Assembly (NCBI GenBank): GCA_963707655.1
Contig: OY970172.1
Span: forward strand, 1 to 64,000
Source: an uncultured bacterium
Lineage (GTDB): Bacteria > Babelota > Babeliae > Babelales > Vermiphilaceae
Reading direction: 5' to 3'
DNA: 64,000 nucleotides
This document shows, in pieces, positions 50,235-60,027 of the stretch. The stretch's first letter is position 1, and every line of letters begins with the position of its first letter. The position numbers and the translations under genes are program-made. The notes under the pieces were generated by a model. That model was not told the DNA's origin. It did no database searches and was given only the letters and a program-made list of their open reading frames with translations.

Positions 50235-51947
50235 TTACTCAGTTTTCTCTTTGGCAAAATAGTTGCTGTGGGCAGTAAAGGGAATGTGATGAGGAAGAGT
50301 AACACGTGCCGTTAACTGCAGAGTTGATCCATCAAGAATAATTAAAGATGAGAAACCTGTTTTTGTATTTAATATCGTAGCGAGCAGTACACCGTCATCT
50401 TCTGATTGTCCTTGTGGTTTGGGAACAAATACCGCTTCGCTCATATAGCAATAGTCTTGGTGCCAGCTGATGCTGTTGCCCGTCGTGGTATCAATTTTTA
50501 TAATGCGATCGTAATAACATTCTTCATGGCTACTGTTCAGTCCATATATATAGCGGTACGGTCTTGCAGCGTAGTCAGGATTAATGCGGGGCATTTCTAT
50601 TTTTATGGCGCTTAACGGACTGCTCACCGCCTTTGAAGAGTTAAGGTCCAACGCAATGCGAGTAACGGTGCCTTGCGCAAAGCAGGTAGGGTGCTCTTTG
50701 ATATTGTGCAAATAAAATGATCTCATAGATGAACTGTCAGGCAGCGCTATTAAATCAACAAAAAGCTGTTCGCCGGTATCATAGGCATTGATGTGGTGAA
50801 AAGCAAAGAAGGGAGCAAGCTCGTAAGAGCGCAAAACATCGCCGGTTGCTTTGCTTATTACCGTAATTTTTGTTTTCTGTTTTGGTTTCCACTGAAAATT
50901 TTCAATATATGGTTTTCCACTCATAACCAGATCATAAGGGCTCACCACAAAAGGAACTTCGGTGATGATAAGATACCGTTTGCTCATGGCAAAACTATGT
51001 ATATAAGAAGGATAAGAAGTGGCAATAGTCGCAATGGGAACACGATTCATGCTGTTGGGATTCATTTTGTAAATGGTGTAGCTGCTTTTTTTAGCAAATG
51101 TTGTTGCGATATTATACAGCTGTCCGGTTTCAGCATCCAGTAGAGGATGTGCCGAGCTTACATGAGGTTCCAAATCATCATTATAGGTATACATGCCTTT
51201 TGTTTTTAATGTGCGCTGATCATAGGCAATCATATGAGGAGTTTCAGTAAGTGCCATGCAGCAATTGCCATGATGCACAATGTTTACATTGGTATTGTCA
51301 TAATGCGGTCTATCTTTTGATGGAGACATTGCCGCAGCAAGACGTGAAAAATATGATGCGTTGGGGTCACCGGCGCAGGCGGCATCGCTAAATTTTCCTT
51401 TTTGCATTGATTCGCATGAATAATTTGTTTCCAAAAAGCGATTTACATAAGAAACATAGCCGTTTTTAAATGAGAAGCGATGGACCATGGAAAAGCCTTC
51501 TAGCCAATGCTTTGCGCAATGGGTGCCGATTTCAAATTTAGCAGGGCCAATTGATACAAATGAGCCATAAAGCCAAATAGGTATGATTCCTTCAACGTCG
51601 GGGTTTTTTAATTTAAATTCTGCGTTGAGTGAGCTAAAGCCTTTGCAATAGTCTTTCTGATGAAGATGCGCAGGAAAATCTGATGACGCAGTAGCAGGAA
51701 GTAGAGGGGCAGCTGTCTCCGGGAGTTGTGCAGATTGCCTATTTTCTTCATTCTGTTGCGGCGCAGGAGCAAGAGCTGGTGCCGGTTCTTTTTTTTCACC
51801 GGTGATTGTTTCTTCAGCGCTGATAAGAGCAATGGGAGCCGGCTCGACTTTCTGCTTTGTTGGCGGATAGACAAAAAAAGTAGCAAGAGCTGCTGAACTC
51901 AGTGCAATGATGCAGAAGGAGCGAAATGAAAAAAAAGTATTGTTCAT
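50235..51947 (-). CDS. Carotenoid cleavage oxygenase (RPE65/CCO family) with N-terminal anchor
   Basis: G.IP.WL.G, four Fe-ligand His (SAHP, YIHSF, FHHINAY, TAHS), EMPRIN, SEAVFVP...EDDG. Confidence 0.9.
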   Translation of the reverse strand: MNNTFFSFRSFCIIALSSAALATFFVYPPTKQKVEPAPIALISAEETITGEKKEPAPALAPAPQQNEENRQSAQLPETAAPLLPATASSDFPAHLHQKDYCKGFSSLNAEFKLKNPDVEGIIPIWLYGSFVSIGPAKFEIGTHCAKHWLEGFSMVHRFSFKNGYVSYVNRFLETNYSCESMQKGKFSDAACAGDPNASYFSRLAAAMSPSKDRPHYDNTNVNIVHHGNCCMALTETPHMIAYDQRTLKTKGMYTYNDDLEPHVSSAHPLLDAETGQLYNIATTFAKKSSYTIYKMNPNSMNRVPIATIATSYPSYIHSFAMSKRYLIITEVPFVVSPYDLVMSGKPYIENFQWKPKQKTKITVISKATGDVLRSYELAPFFAFHHINAYDTGEQLFVDLIALPDSSSMRSFYLHNIKEHPTCFAQGTVTRIALDLNSSKAVSSPLSAIKIEMPRINPDYAARPYRYIYGLNSSHEECYYDRIIKIDTTTGNSISWHQDYCYMSEAVFVPKPQGQSEDDGVLLATILNTKTGFSSLIILDGSTLQLTARVTLPHHIPFTAHSNYFAKEKTE

Positions 51948-51959
51948 TTTTTCTGATTC

Positions 51960-53744
51960 CTATGTTTGCGTGCGAGTAATAAACTGATTAAGTTCGTTTT
52001 CTTTATCATTAGCATCTACATACTGCGAAAGCAACTGATTTAAATGCGGATAGTTTGCCAAACAATGCATTTCATTGTCCGGGCGCTGTATCTGGGCAAT
52101 CATGCTGCTTATTTCTTTGATAGTGTGCCGATCCTCATCGAGCATGGGAGTGAAGTCCGCATCATGTTTTAATATTTGCTCCATGTTGGTCATAATCTGT
52201 TTAATGTAGATCATAAAATAATCGGCAGTATTAAGTTTTTCTTGCGCGGCTTCTTCCATGAGTTCTTTTAAAAGCCCGAGCCTACGTTCAAGCGGTATTT
52301 GTGGATTGGTATAACCATCAGGAAGTTTATTTGAGAATTTTCTGAGAATTTTTAATTCATAAGGGTCTTGATTCAAAAAATCTTTAAATGTGTTTATAAG
52401 GCCAGAATCAACGTGCCTATACTTTGAATCTGCACATTTTAACGTTATCTTTCCCTGTGCATCAGCGTCTACCAGTATGGTGACCCAGTGGCCATACGTG
52501 CCTCTCATTGCTGTATCAGCGCTCCCGGCATGTTCCATGTTGCCGATAATAAAAGCAAATTTTGTAGCGCGTTTTTCTCTGAGCGCTTGTATAGTTTCGC
52601 ACACGGCGTCAAATTCTTCATCGCTACCGGCAAACATGCGCTTAAATTCCTTCAGGCTGGGAATCACTGCATACGTTGCCTGATTCATGCGTAAGTGTTC
52701 TTCTGCAACCTTTTGAATATCGGCGCGATCCAGATCGATGTTTCTTCCGGCCAGCTTTTGCCATGCTGAAAGTGGGAATTGATTACTGTTTTCTTCTGCC
52801 GTGGGGCCGTCTTCCTCTGCGTTGAGTAAGTAAAAAGCATTTTTAAGAGCATGAAAACCGCAGGTGTTATCCGTTTGTCTACTCACCCTAACATGATTTA
52901 TTTCAGGTATAATCGGTTGAGTTGTTGATGATTGATGCTGACTAATAGCTTGAGCTTGTCCAGATGTGTGAGCAGTAAGAGCTTCTTTAATCGTGCCTCG
53001 TACATGCTGTAGTGCAGCATTGTCACCGCGATGAATCGATTGTTTGACTGCATCATTTTGCATTAAGGTATTAATAAAACCATGATTTAAAAGAGTGGCC
53101 AGCTGCTCTGCTTCGTCTCTGTTGATTGTTGGCTTATTTAAAATGTGGCGAGCTTTTCTGTGACACCGTATGTCATTAAACAAGTGTGATAGGTAATTTC
53201 TCAGATCGTTTTGTTTGCGTTGCGCAAAATCATCATCAGATTCTCCGCTTTTTTGCACCAACACGGGCGGGAGATGATTAAAGCGATTGTTAGGAGCAGC
53301 CAGTAATTCGTCCAGTGCTTTTTGTTCTTGTTCTGCGAAAAATTTTTGGTACAAGGGAAAGGGCTTGTATATGGTATTTGTATTCGCCAAAGCAGAGGCA
53401 TAGTGCGTTGAGCTCGCCGGTCTTGGCTCATTGTGCTCGGGAAGATAGCCCTCTTGTAGATATGTTTCATAGTTGGGAAGAGCATCAGATAGTTCCCTCA
53501 AGGCATTTTGGTTCGCTGCGTAATAGACAAGAATATTGTCAGATGAGCGGTCTTTTGATCTATTGCGTGTGGGATTAAAAATCGCTTTTTCCCATGCAAG
53601 GCCAAAAATCAAGGGCTGCTTAGTCTTGTTAAGAAATTTGTAATCATCACCATGTTGCCACTTATTGGACCATTTGTTGATGCACAAATCGGCATGCGCC
53701 GGCATAGATATAATAAAGCACAAGAAGAGCATCGTTTTATTCAT
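51960..53744 (-). CDS. Exported protein with papain-fold (Josephin-like) cysteine protease domain
   Basis: Signal peptide; RQTDNTCGFHALKNA, GHWVTI, CADSK give a Cys-His-Asp order. Confidence 0.65.
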   Translation of the reverse strand: MNKTMLFLCFIISMPAHADLCINKWSNKWQHGDDYKFLNKTKQPLIFGLAWEKAIFNPTRNRSKDRSSDNILVYYAANQNALRELSDALPNYETYLQEGYLPEHNEPRPASSTHYASALANTNTIYKPFPLYQKFFAEQEQKALDELLAAPNNRFNHLPPVLVQKSGESDDDFAQRKQNDLRNYLSHLFNDIRCHRKARHILNKPTINRDEAEQLATLLNHGFINTLMQNDAVKQSIHRGDNAALQHVRGTIKEALTAHTSGQAQAISQHQSSTTQPIIPEINHVRVSRQTDNTCGFHALKNAFYLLNAEEDGPTAEENSNQFPLSAWQKLAGRNIDLDRADIQKVAEEHLRMNQATYAVIPSLKEFKRMFAGSDEEFDAVCETIQALREKRATKFAFIIGNMEHAGSADTAMRGTYGHWVTILVDADAQGKITLKCADSKYRHVDSGLINTFKDFLNQDPYELKILRKFSNKLPDGYTNPQIPLERRLGLLKELMEEAAQEKLNTADYFMIYIKQIMTNMEQILKHDADFTPMLDEDRHTIKEISSMIAQIQRPDNEMHCLANYPHLNQLLSQYVDANDKENELNQFITRTQT

Positions 53745-53875
53745 AAAATCCCCCCAAGATTTCTGAAAATTCCCGCAGTTAAGCGGTTAAAATATTTACT
53801 GTAGAGTATATTCTAATTGAGGTTTTTTGTCAAAATTACCTGGCGGGGGGGTGCGTTCTTGGATTATTCAGATGG

Positions 53876-54289
53876 CTATGATTGCCAGGAAATCCCAAGG
53901 CTCGTATTAAGTTGACCCAGCATTTGCGGCTGGTTCGGCTGTGGGATCTCGTCTGGTGTATAAAATGTGGGATAGGCAAGGTTCAGGAGCTCGCTGCTGC
54001 CAGACAAATAGTTGCCTTCCGGCTCTGATCGAGCGTGTGATTCTGTATCGCTTGATTCTTGCCCTTCTAAATCGGGGCGCCATTTGTCGCGGGGTTTAAT
54101 AATTGCAATAGATGCCGATACTCCGAGCGCCGGCCTTTGTGTTGAAGATTCAAAGTTGCTGAGCGTGTATCCATAATGTAATTCTTCAGGAGACTCCGAA
54201 CGTGACGAGCCGGTAGATTTCAGGTCCATGCTTTGTATGTGTGCTACGGGCGCCATGAGTGCTATGAGTAATATGTATATGTATTTCAT
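53876..54289 (-). CDS. Small exported Ser/Pro-rich hypothetical protein
   Basis: Signal ...AHIQS-MDLK; low complexity. Confidence 0.65.
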   Translation of the reverse strand: MKYIYILLIALMAPVAHIQSMDLKSTGSSRSESPEELHYGYTLSNFESSTQRPALGVSASIAIIKPRDKWRPDLEGQESSDTESHARSEPEGNYLSGSSELLNLAYPTFYTPDEIPQPNQPQMLGQLNTSLGISWQS

Positions 54290-54426
54290 CTGATTCTTAC
54301 CCTATTTTGTATTTGCTATGATATGTCTATAAGCATTCTTCAGAGTAACGAATTTGAATAAATATTTCTAGATCATTCATTGGATAGGCCAGATCGCGCA
54401 TCAGAATAGGTAGTGACGTGCCTTAT

Positions 54427-54468
54427 GTGAAAGGCTGCGTGTGAAAGGCTGCGTGTGAAAGGCTGCGT
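54427..54468. repeat. Tandem repeat, 3 x 14 bp (gtgaaaggctgcgt)
   Basis: Three perfect contiguous copies. Confidence 0.9.
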
Positions 54469-54483
54469 GTGTCGTTGTATATA

Positions 54484-54521
54484 AAAAAAAGAGCGCTGTT
54501 ATATGCAACAGCGCTCTTTTT
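54484..54521 (-). terminator. groEL terminator
   Basis: aaaaaagagcgctgtt...aacagcgctctttttt. Confidence 0.85.
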
Positions 54522-54544
54522 AATTTTATTGAACTAATGGGCTA

Positions 54545-56198
54545 TCAAAACATGCCGCCCATGCCGCCCGGCATACCGCCACCCATTCCTGGATGTGCCG
54601 CAGGAGCATCTTTTTTCTCTTGCGGAAGTTCGCTGATGGTTACTTCTGTTGTCAAAAGCAAGCCGGCGATAGACGCAGCATTTTGAATTGCAGAGCGAGT
54701 TACTTTGGCAGGATCGATAATCCCTTCTTCGATCATGTTTACGAATGTACCGTTCTTCGCATCAAAGCCCATGTTAACATTAACATCTGCTTTTACTTGA
54801 TTTACGATGACCGATGCTTCAAAACCGGCATTGTCAACTATGATACGCATTGGTTCTTCAAGTGCGCGCCACACAATTTGTGCGCCCAATTTTTCATCGC
54901 CAACGAGTGTTAAAGCATCAACTGCTTTTTGTGCACGGAGTAATGCAACACCGCCACCGGCAACTATGCCTTCTTCAACTGCCGCTCTGGTAGCTGAAAG
55001 TGCATCATCGATGCGATCTTTTTTCTCTTTCATTTCAACTTCAGTTGCGGCACCCACTTTAATTACTGCAACACCGCCGGCCAGTTTGGCAAGGCGTTCT
55101 TGCATTTTTTCGTGGTCGTAATCTGAGCTGGTGTTTTCAATTTGCATTCTGATTTGTGCAACGCGGCCTTTGATTTCAAGCTCGTTTCCTTGGCCTTCAA
55201 TAATGGTGCAATTGTCTTTGGTGAGCACCACGCGTTTTGCAATACCAAGGTCATGCAAGGTCAGTGTTTCAAGTTTGAGACCAACTTCTTCAGCAATTAA
55301 TTTTCCGCCAGTCAAAATTGCAATATCTTCTAACATTGCTTTGCGACGATCGCCAAAGCCAGGAGCTTTTACCGCAGCAATATTAAGTGTGCCGCGTAGA
55401 CGGTTAACCACGAGAGTTGCCAATGCTTCGCCTTCAACATCTTCAGCAATGATGAGTAATGAGCGACCGGTTTTTGCAACTTGTTCCAAGATAGGCAACA
55501 AGCTTTTCATACTGCTGATCTTTTTTTCATAAATCAAGTATCAATGGGTTCTCAAGCTGTGTTTCCATTTTTTCTGTATTGGTTACAAAATAAGGGGAGA
55601 GATAGCCGCGGTCAAATTGCATACCTTCCACAACATCCAGCTCGTCGTGCATTCCTTTTGCTTCTTCAACGGTGATCACGCCATCACGACCAACTTTTTC
55701 CATCGCTTGCGCAATCAATTGGCCTATTTGAAGATCTGAGTTTGCAGAAATGGTTGCAACTTGTTCGATCTCTTTTTTACTGTCAACTTTTTTTGACATT
55801 GCTTTAACATGATCAACAACCGCTTCTACTGCTTTTTCAATGCCACGCTTTAATGCCATGGGGTTGGCGCCGGCGGTAACATATTTGTTGCCTTCGCGGA
55901 AAATCGCCTGTGCAAGCACTGTTGCAGTTGTTGTGCCATCACCGGCTACATCAGCAGTTTTGCTTGCCACTTCACGCACCATTTGTGCGCCCATGTTTTC
56001 TAACTTGTCTTCCAATTCAATTTCTTTTGCAACGGTTACGCCGTCTTTGGTAATTGCAGGAGCGCCATAGGAGCGTTCAAATATTACATTGCGCCCACGG
56101 GGCCCGAGAGTAATTTTAACTGCGTCAGCAAGGGTATCAACCCCTTTGCGCACTTTTTCGCGTGCCGGTGCACCAAATACTATTCTTTTAGATGCCAT
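54545..56198 (-). CDS. groEL: Chaperonin GroEL (single-base indel near 55535)
   Basis: [39 protein letters not shown] tail; two ORFs join at [13 protein letters not shown]. Confidence 0.96.
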
Positions 56199-56201
56199 GT
56201 T

Positions 56202-56561
56202 TTATTCCTCTTTATTTTTATTATTGTTATTTATTGCGGCGAACATCTCTGTAATAGACTGCAGCGTTGGACGTGCGGTAATGCCAATTGATGCGAATTC
56301 TGCGATTCCATCATGAATTTGGGGTGTATAGTTTGTTCTTATATCATCAATGCGGTGGCCAATGCACAGGCACTCATCAGGGCCAAGATCATTATTGTTT
56401 TGATGGCACTTTGCATGGATGGCGATCAATAGGGACAGATGGGCAACGATCTGCATGTTGCTGAAATTCTGACAGAGTTGTGTTGTCGGTTTCGATTCTT
56501 GAGGTTGAGTCGCGCGCATGCCACTAACCGCTAAACAGAGCACAAGTATTATTTTCTTCAC
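56202..56561 (-). CDS. Small exported Cys-containing hypothetical protein inside the groESL operon
   Basis: Signal peptide; ATGA overlap with upstream ORF; ends 3 nt before the groEL ATG. Confidence 0.7.
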   Translation of the reverse strand: MKKIILVLCLAVSGMRATQPQESKPTTQLCQNFSNMQIVAHLSLLIAIHAKCHQNNNDLGPDECLCIGHRIDDIRTNYTPQIHDGIAEFASIGITARPTLQSITEMFAAINNNNKNKEE

Positions 56562-56842
56562 TGATTATTTTCCTTGGTGTCAGATATGTTGCGCATGGTG
56601 TACAGAAGTTGTGTGTGTTCTTTTGTATACATATCGAGCAATTGTGTGCACTCATTGCTGTTGCCATTGAGTGATTGGCATTCTTGCAATTTTACTGCCA
56701 AAGAAACCAATCTCATTTGATGATGATGTGGCGTATTCACCTGAGATGTAGGAATTGATCTGAGTGGCAAAGCTGTTTCAGAAGCGCTCAACCCGCCTAC
56801 AGTGATCGTTGCTATACAAAGTGCCATGGTTATTCTATTCAT
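56558..56842 (-). CDS. Small exported hypothetical protein with C-x9-C, inside the groESL operon
   Basis: Signal ...GGLSA-SET; starts 30 nt after the groES stop. Confidence 0.7.
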   Translation of the reverse strand: MNRITMALCIATITVGGLSASETALPLRSIPTSQVNTPHHHQMRLVSLAVKLQECQSLNGNSNECTQLLDMYTKEHTQLLYTMRNISDTKENNQ

Positions 56843-56872
56843 GCCGGAGCCCCGTCCTTACTAGTATGCAGA

Positions 56873-57160
56873 TTACTTATCCAAAATGCCTAAAATTTCA
56901 TCTTCACGAATAATTAAATGATCTTTGCCTGCTTCGGTGCCGGAATACTTGCCAAAATAAACGGTATCGCCAATTTTAACGGTGAGCGGGGTTATTTTGC
57001 CATTGGCATCGATGCGACCATTGCCGGTAGCCAAAACGGCCCCCAATTGCGCTTTTTCTTTCGCGGCATCGGGAATAAAAAGACCCGCCGGGGTTTTTTC
57101 TTGTTCCTCTATGCGCTTTATTAAAATACGGTCGCCAAGTGGACGTAATTTTTCAAACAT
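56873..57160 (-). CDS. groES: Co-chaperonin GroES
   Basis: LRPLGDR, GLFIPDAAKEK, VKIGD.VYFGKYSG. Confidence 0.97.
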   Translation of the reverse strand: MFEKLRPLGDRILIKRIEEQEKTPAGLFIPDAAKEKAQLGAVLATGNGRIDANGKITPLTVKIGDTVYFGKYSGTEAGKDHLIIREDEILGILDK

Positions 57161-57448
57161 ATAAATGTCTCCTTAAAACATTAAAGTGTACTGTTCTTGT
57201 TAGTTTTTATAGCGCTATTTCAATCTGTTTTTATCTACTTTACATTGAGCAATATAAGAGTAGCATAAAAAATATCTAACAATTTCAAACCATCTTTCTT
57301 GATAGTAAGTGACTCAGATATTTTACAGTGTTATTGTATGGTTTTTACCATATTTTTGCTTGTATTAAGGTTTTTTCAATCAATATTTTTTCAATGCTGA
57401 TTCATTCTTTCAAGTTTACCAATTTTGGCATATTCAACAAGTGCCCCC

Positions 57449-58666
57449 TCAATAAAGCAAGCCTTCGGAAATCCAGCCTTGAATTACATTGGTTCTCATT
57501 TCCGGATCCGTTTGTTTCCAGCGGAGCGTCATTGTTTGGATGCCCGTCAGAGAAGGAGGATTAGCAACAAAACCAAATTTTTTAAAGAATTGAGTATTGT
57601 CCTTATCTAGTGTGGACAAATCGCCTTTCTTTGCAGGGTCAACCGTTACGCTATCATAGCCATTTTTTTCGAATTCGGCTAAGGCTGCGGCCATTAATGT
57701 GTCATCATCAATCGTCTTTGTGGGAAAATGAATGGGCTGTTGAGCATAGTCGTCTATGAATACTGATTCACGGTTCCATCCACACTCGCGCCATCGTATG
57801 AATCCTATTTTTTCTCCGCGATAAAATGCGCCAAATTCACAATAGTGAGGATCTTTTTTATATTTGATTACATTATTAGGCAGAGTTTTTAGCAATGAAT
57901 TTTTAACATCATACTCCGCTAAAAATGGAGAATTTCTGTCCAGATAGTGTATAAAGTGCTCATTGTTATTGGCGAGTGTTATAGGATCTTCATTGTTTTC
58001 AAAATCAAAGACTCGAAAGACAACAGATTCTTTTGTTGCCTCATCACCATCGACTCGTCGCGGTTCATATTCTGGTGATAACCGTTTCTCTATTGTTTCA
58101 TCTTTGAAATCGGTTGCACCAAGAACATTCCAAAAATCTCGTGTGGCTTCGCATCCCTGCGTGGGTTTAAAAATAACCCGAGGATACCCTTTTTTTTGGA
58201 ATTTTTGCATGGCATGCAGACATAGAGTAGAAGCGACCCAAGGGTCTAGATGGCCATCTCCTGTAAGAGGCGGTCGAGTGATCGAGCTAATGCATGGCAA
58301 TGTTTTGTCTTGCGTGGTGACATACTGATAATTGAGCTCTCCTAGTGGTGTGTGCTCTGTAGTGTAGCATGCGTCAAGGCGTGTATTGAGCGTAGCCTCT
58401 AGTTCTTCCGTGAGAAGACCTTTTCTCTTGAAGAACTCATAATCGTAGCGCACTTCAGCTTCTTTGTGGGGGGAGCTCACGTATTCTTCAGAGCGGCGCA
58501 GTTCTATTTTTCCGCGCGATTTCATACATGTTACAACTGCAGATGGTTTGGGCACTATTCGTGAAGGACAAAGTTCATGTGCTTCGGCTTCTGCGGGTAC
58601 ATCCATTGCATTGATGTGAAAAAATGTACTGAATGCTACGAGCGCTAAGCGCATAGTGGTTTTCAT
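57449..58666 (-). CDS. Exported hypothetical protein with two degenerate GNAT-like segments
   Basis: Signal ...HINA-MDVP; LHAMQKFQKKGY...DFWNVLG and LMAAALAEFEKNGY...FFKKFGF. Confidence 0.65.
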   Translation of the reverse strand: MKTTMRLALVAFSTFFHINAMDVPAEAEAHELCPSRIVPKPSAVVTCMKSRGKIELRRSEEYVSSPHKEAEVRYDYEFFKRKGLLTEELEATLNTRLDACYTTEHTPLGELNYQYVTTQDKTLPCISSITRPPLTGDGHLDPWVASTLCLHAMQKFQKKGYPRVIFKPTQGCEATRDFWNVLGATDFKDETIEKRLSPEYEPRRVDGDEATKESVVFRVFDFENNEDPITLANNNEHFIHYLDRNSPFLAEYDVKNSLLKTLPNNVIKYKKDPHYCEFGAFYRGEKIGFIRWRECGWNRESVFIDDYAQQPIHFPTKTIDDDTLMAAALAEFEKNGYDSVTVDPAKKGDLSTLDKDNTQFFKKFGFVANPPSLTGIQTMTLRWKQTDPEMRTNVIQGWISEGLLY

Positions 58667-58774
58667 ATAAAATTACCTCTATTTTATACCATGCCTATGT
58701 GCTGCGCGTCAGTTGATGATTTCTCATTACAGGAGCGGTGTTGGTGTTTTTAACAATTTTTTTTGAGCCGTCTA

Positions 58775-59236
58775 TTAACAGCAAGAATTAGGATTTACCT
58801 GTTTACAGCAACTTTCTGCTGTAACTTCTTGTTTGCAGCAGCCATCAGATTGATCAACTTTACTCATGATATCGTGTAATTTTTCAGGAGTTGGTTGATA
58901 GAGGTCAATTATGTTACCGCTGGGATCTTGAATGCTGGTCATAATACCATGGGAAGCGGTGATAGGGGCGCTGAGAAAATTAATACGATCTTTTGTCTGT
59001 TCGTATGCTTTTTCCAGATTTTCTATCTGAAGAACTATGCCCGTGCGATTTTGTTCAGGTAAGTCCTGTGCAGGGCAAAGGCCTATTTTAATGCCATTGA
59101 GCTCAAACTCGGCCCAGCGATCTTTCATGCGGAATTTAAGTGAGAAGCCCAGATCATGATAAAAGGCAATGGCGGCATCAAGGTCCCGCTGCATTAAGAT
59201 GATCATGGCGATCTTATTTATAGATAATAGTGTCAT
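58775..59236 (-). CDS. VOC/glyoxalase-family protein with Cys-Cys-rich tail
   Basis: DLDAAIAFY..LGF, DPSGN.I; C-terminus GCC...SCC...SCC. Confidence 0.85.
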   Translation of the reverse strand: MTLLSINKIAMIILMQRDLDAAIAFYHDLGFSLKFRMKDRWAEFELNGIKIGLCPAQDLPEQNRTGIVLQIENLEKAYEQTKDRINFLSAPITASHGIMTSIQDPSGNIIDLYQPTPEKLHDIMSKVDQSDGCCKQEVTAESCCKQVNPNSCC

Positions 59237-59370
59237 AATATACCCCCAAATAATTAATTAAACATATACTTATTTTACCAATTCTATGATATTCAACAAG
59301 TCTGGCAAAAAATGGGTAAGCTATGATAAGCTCAAGGTCAATAAATAATTACTGATAAAGGAGATGTACC

Positions 59371-60024
59371 GTGGCCGATATTTATCCCTCATTACTCAAC
59401 CGCAATCTGGTCCAGCTTAAAGCTGAATTGCAGCGGCTTGATGAATACGTTAAAGGTTATCACATAGATGTTATGGATGGCCGCTTTGTACCCAACGTTA
59501 CCCCCGGTGTGGCAGAGGTAAATACTATAGCCAGTATGAGTATGCGTACTGAACATTGGGTCCATCTGATGGTCGATGATCCATACCATTATATACAATC
59601 ATTGCTGCTTGCCCCGGGCGGGACCGTAACATTTCACTTTGAAAGTAATTGTGATGCTGGAGACACTATTAAATCAATAAGAGAAAAAAAATGGAAGCCT
59701 TCGATAGCAATAAATCCAAAAACTGCCGTAGAAAGCATTCTTCCCCTTGTCCACCTTGTGGATCAAATTCTCATTATGTCTGTTGAGCCCGGTTATTCTG
59801 GGCAGGATTTTTTACCAGAAGCTATAAATAAAGTTGAGCTATTGGCCAGTTACCGCGCAACGGGCAAACTTAATTTTAGAATTGCTGTTGATGGTGGGAT
59901 CAACGCGAAAAATATAGGGATGCTTGCCCAAAAAGGGGTTAATGACTTTGCGGTTGCCTCGGCAATTTTTGCTACCAATGATGCAGTTGAAGCACTGAAA
60001 GAATTACAAGAGCGGATACGCTAG
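59371..60024 (+). CDS. rpe: Ribulose-phosphate 3-epimerase
   Basis: HIDVMDGRFVPN, VHLMV, MSVEPG.SGQ, VDGGIN. Confidence 0.95.
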   Translation: MADIYPSLLNRNLVQLKAELQRLDEYVKGYHIDVMDGRFVPNVTPGVAEVNTIASMSMRTEHWVHLMVDDPYHYIQSLLLAPGGTVTFHFESNCDAGDTIKSIREKKWKPSIAINPKTAVESILPLVHLVDQILIMSVEPGYSGQDFLPEAINKVELLASYRATGKLNFRIAVDGGINAKNIGMLAQKGVNDFAVASAIFATNDAVEALKELQERIR

Positions 60025-60027
60025 TTT

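Noticed and set aside
54427..54468. CRISPR array
   Set aside because: The units are 14 bp, contiguous, without spacers, and no cas genes are present.
57161..57448. CIRCE (HrcA) operator upstream of groES
   Set aside because: No TTAGCACTC-N9-GAGTGCTAA match found on either strand.
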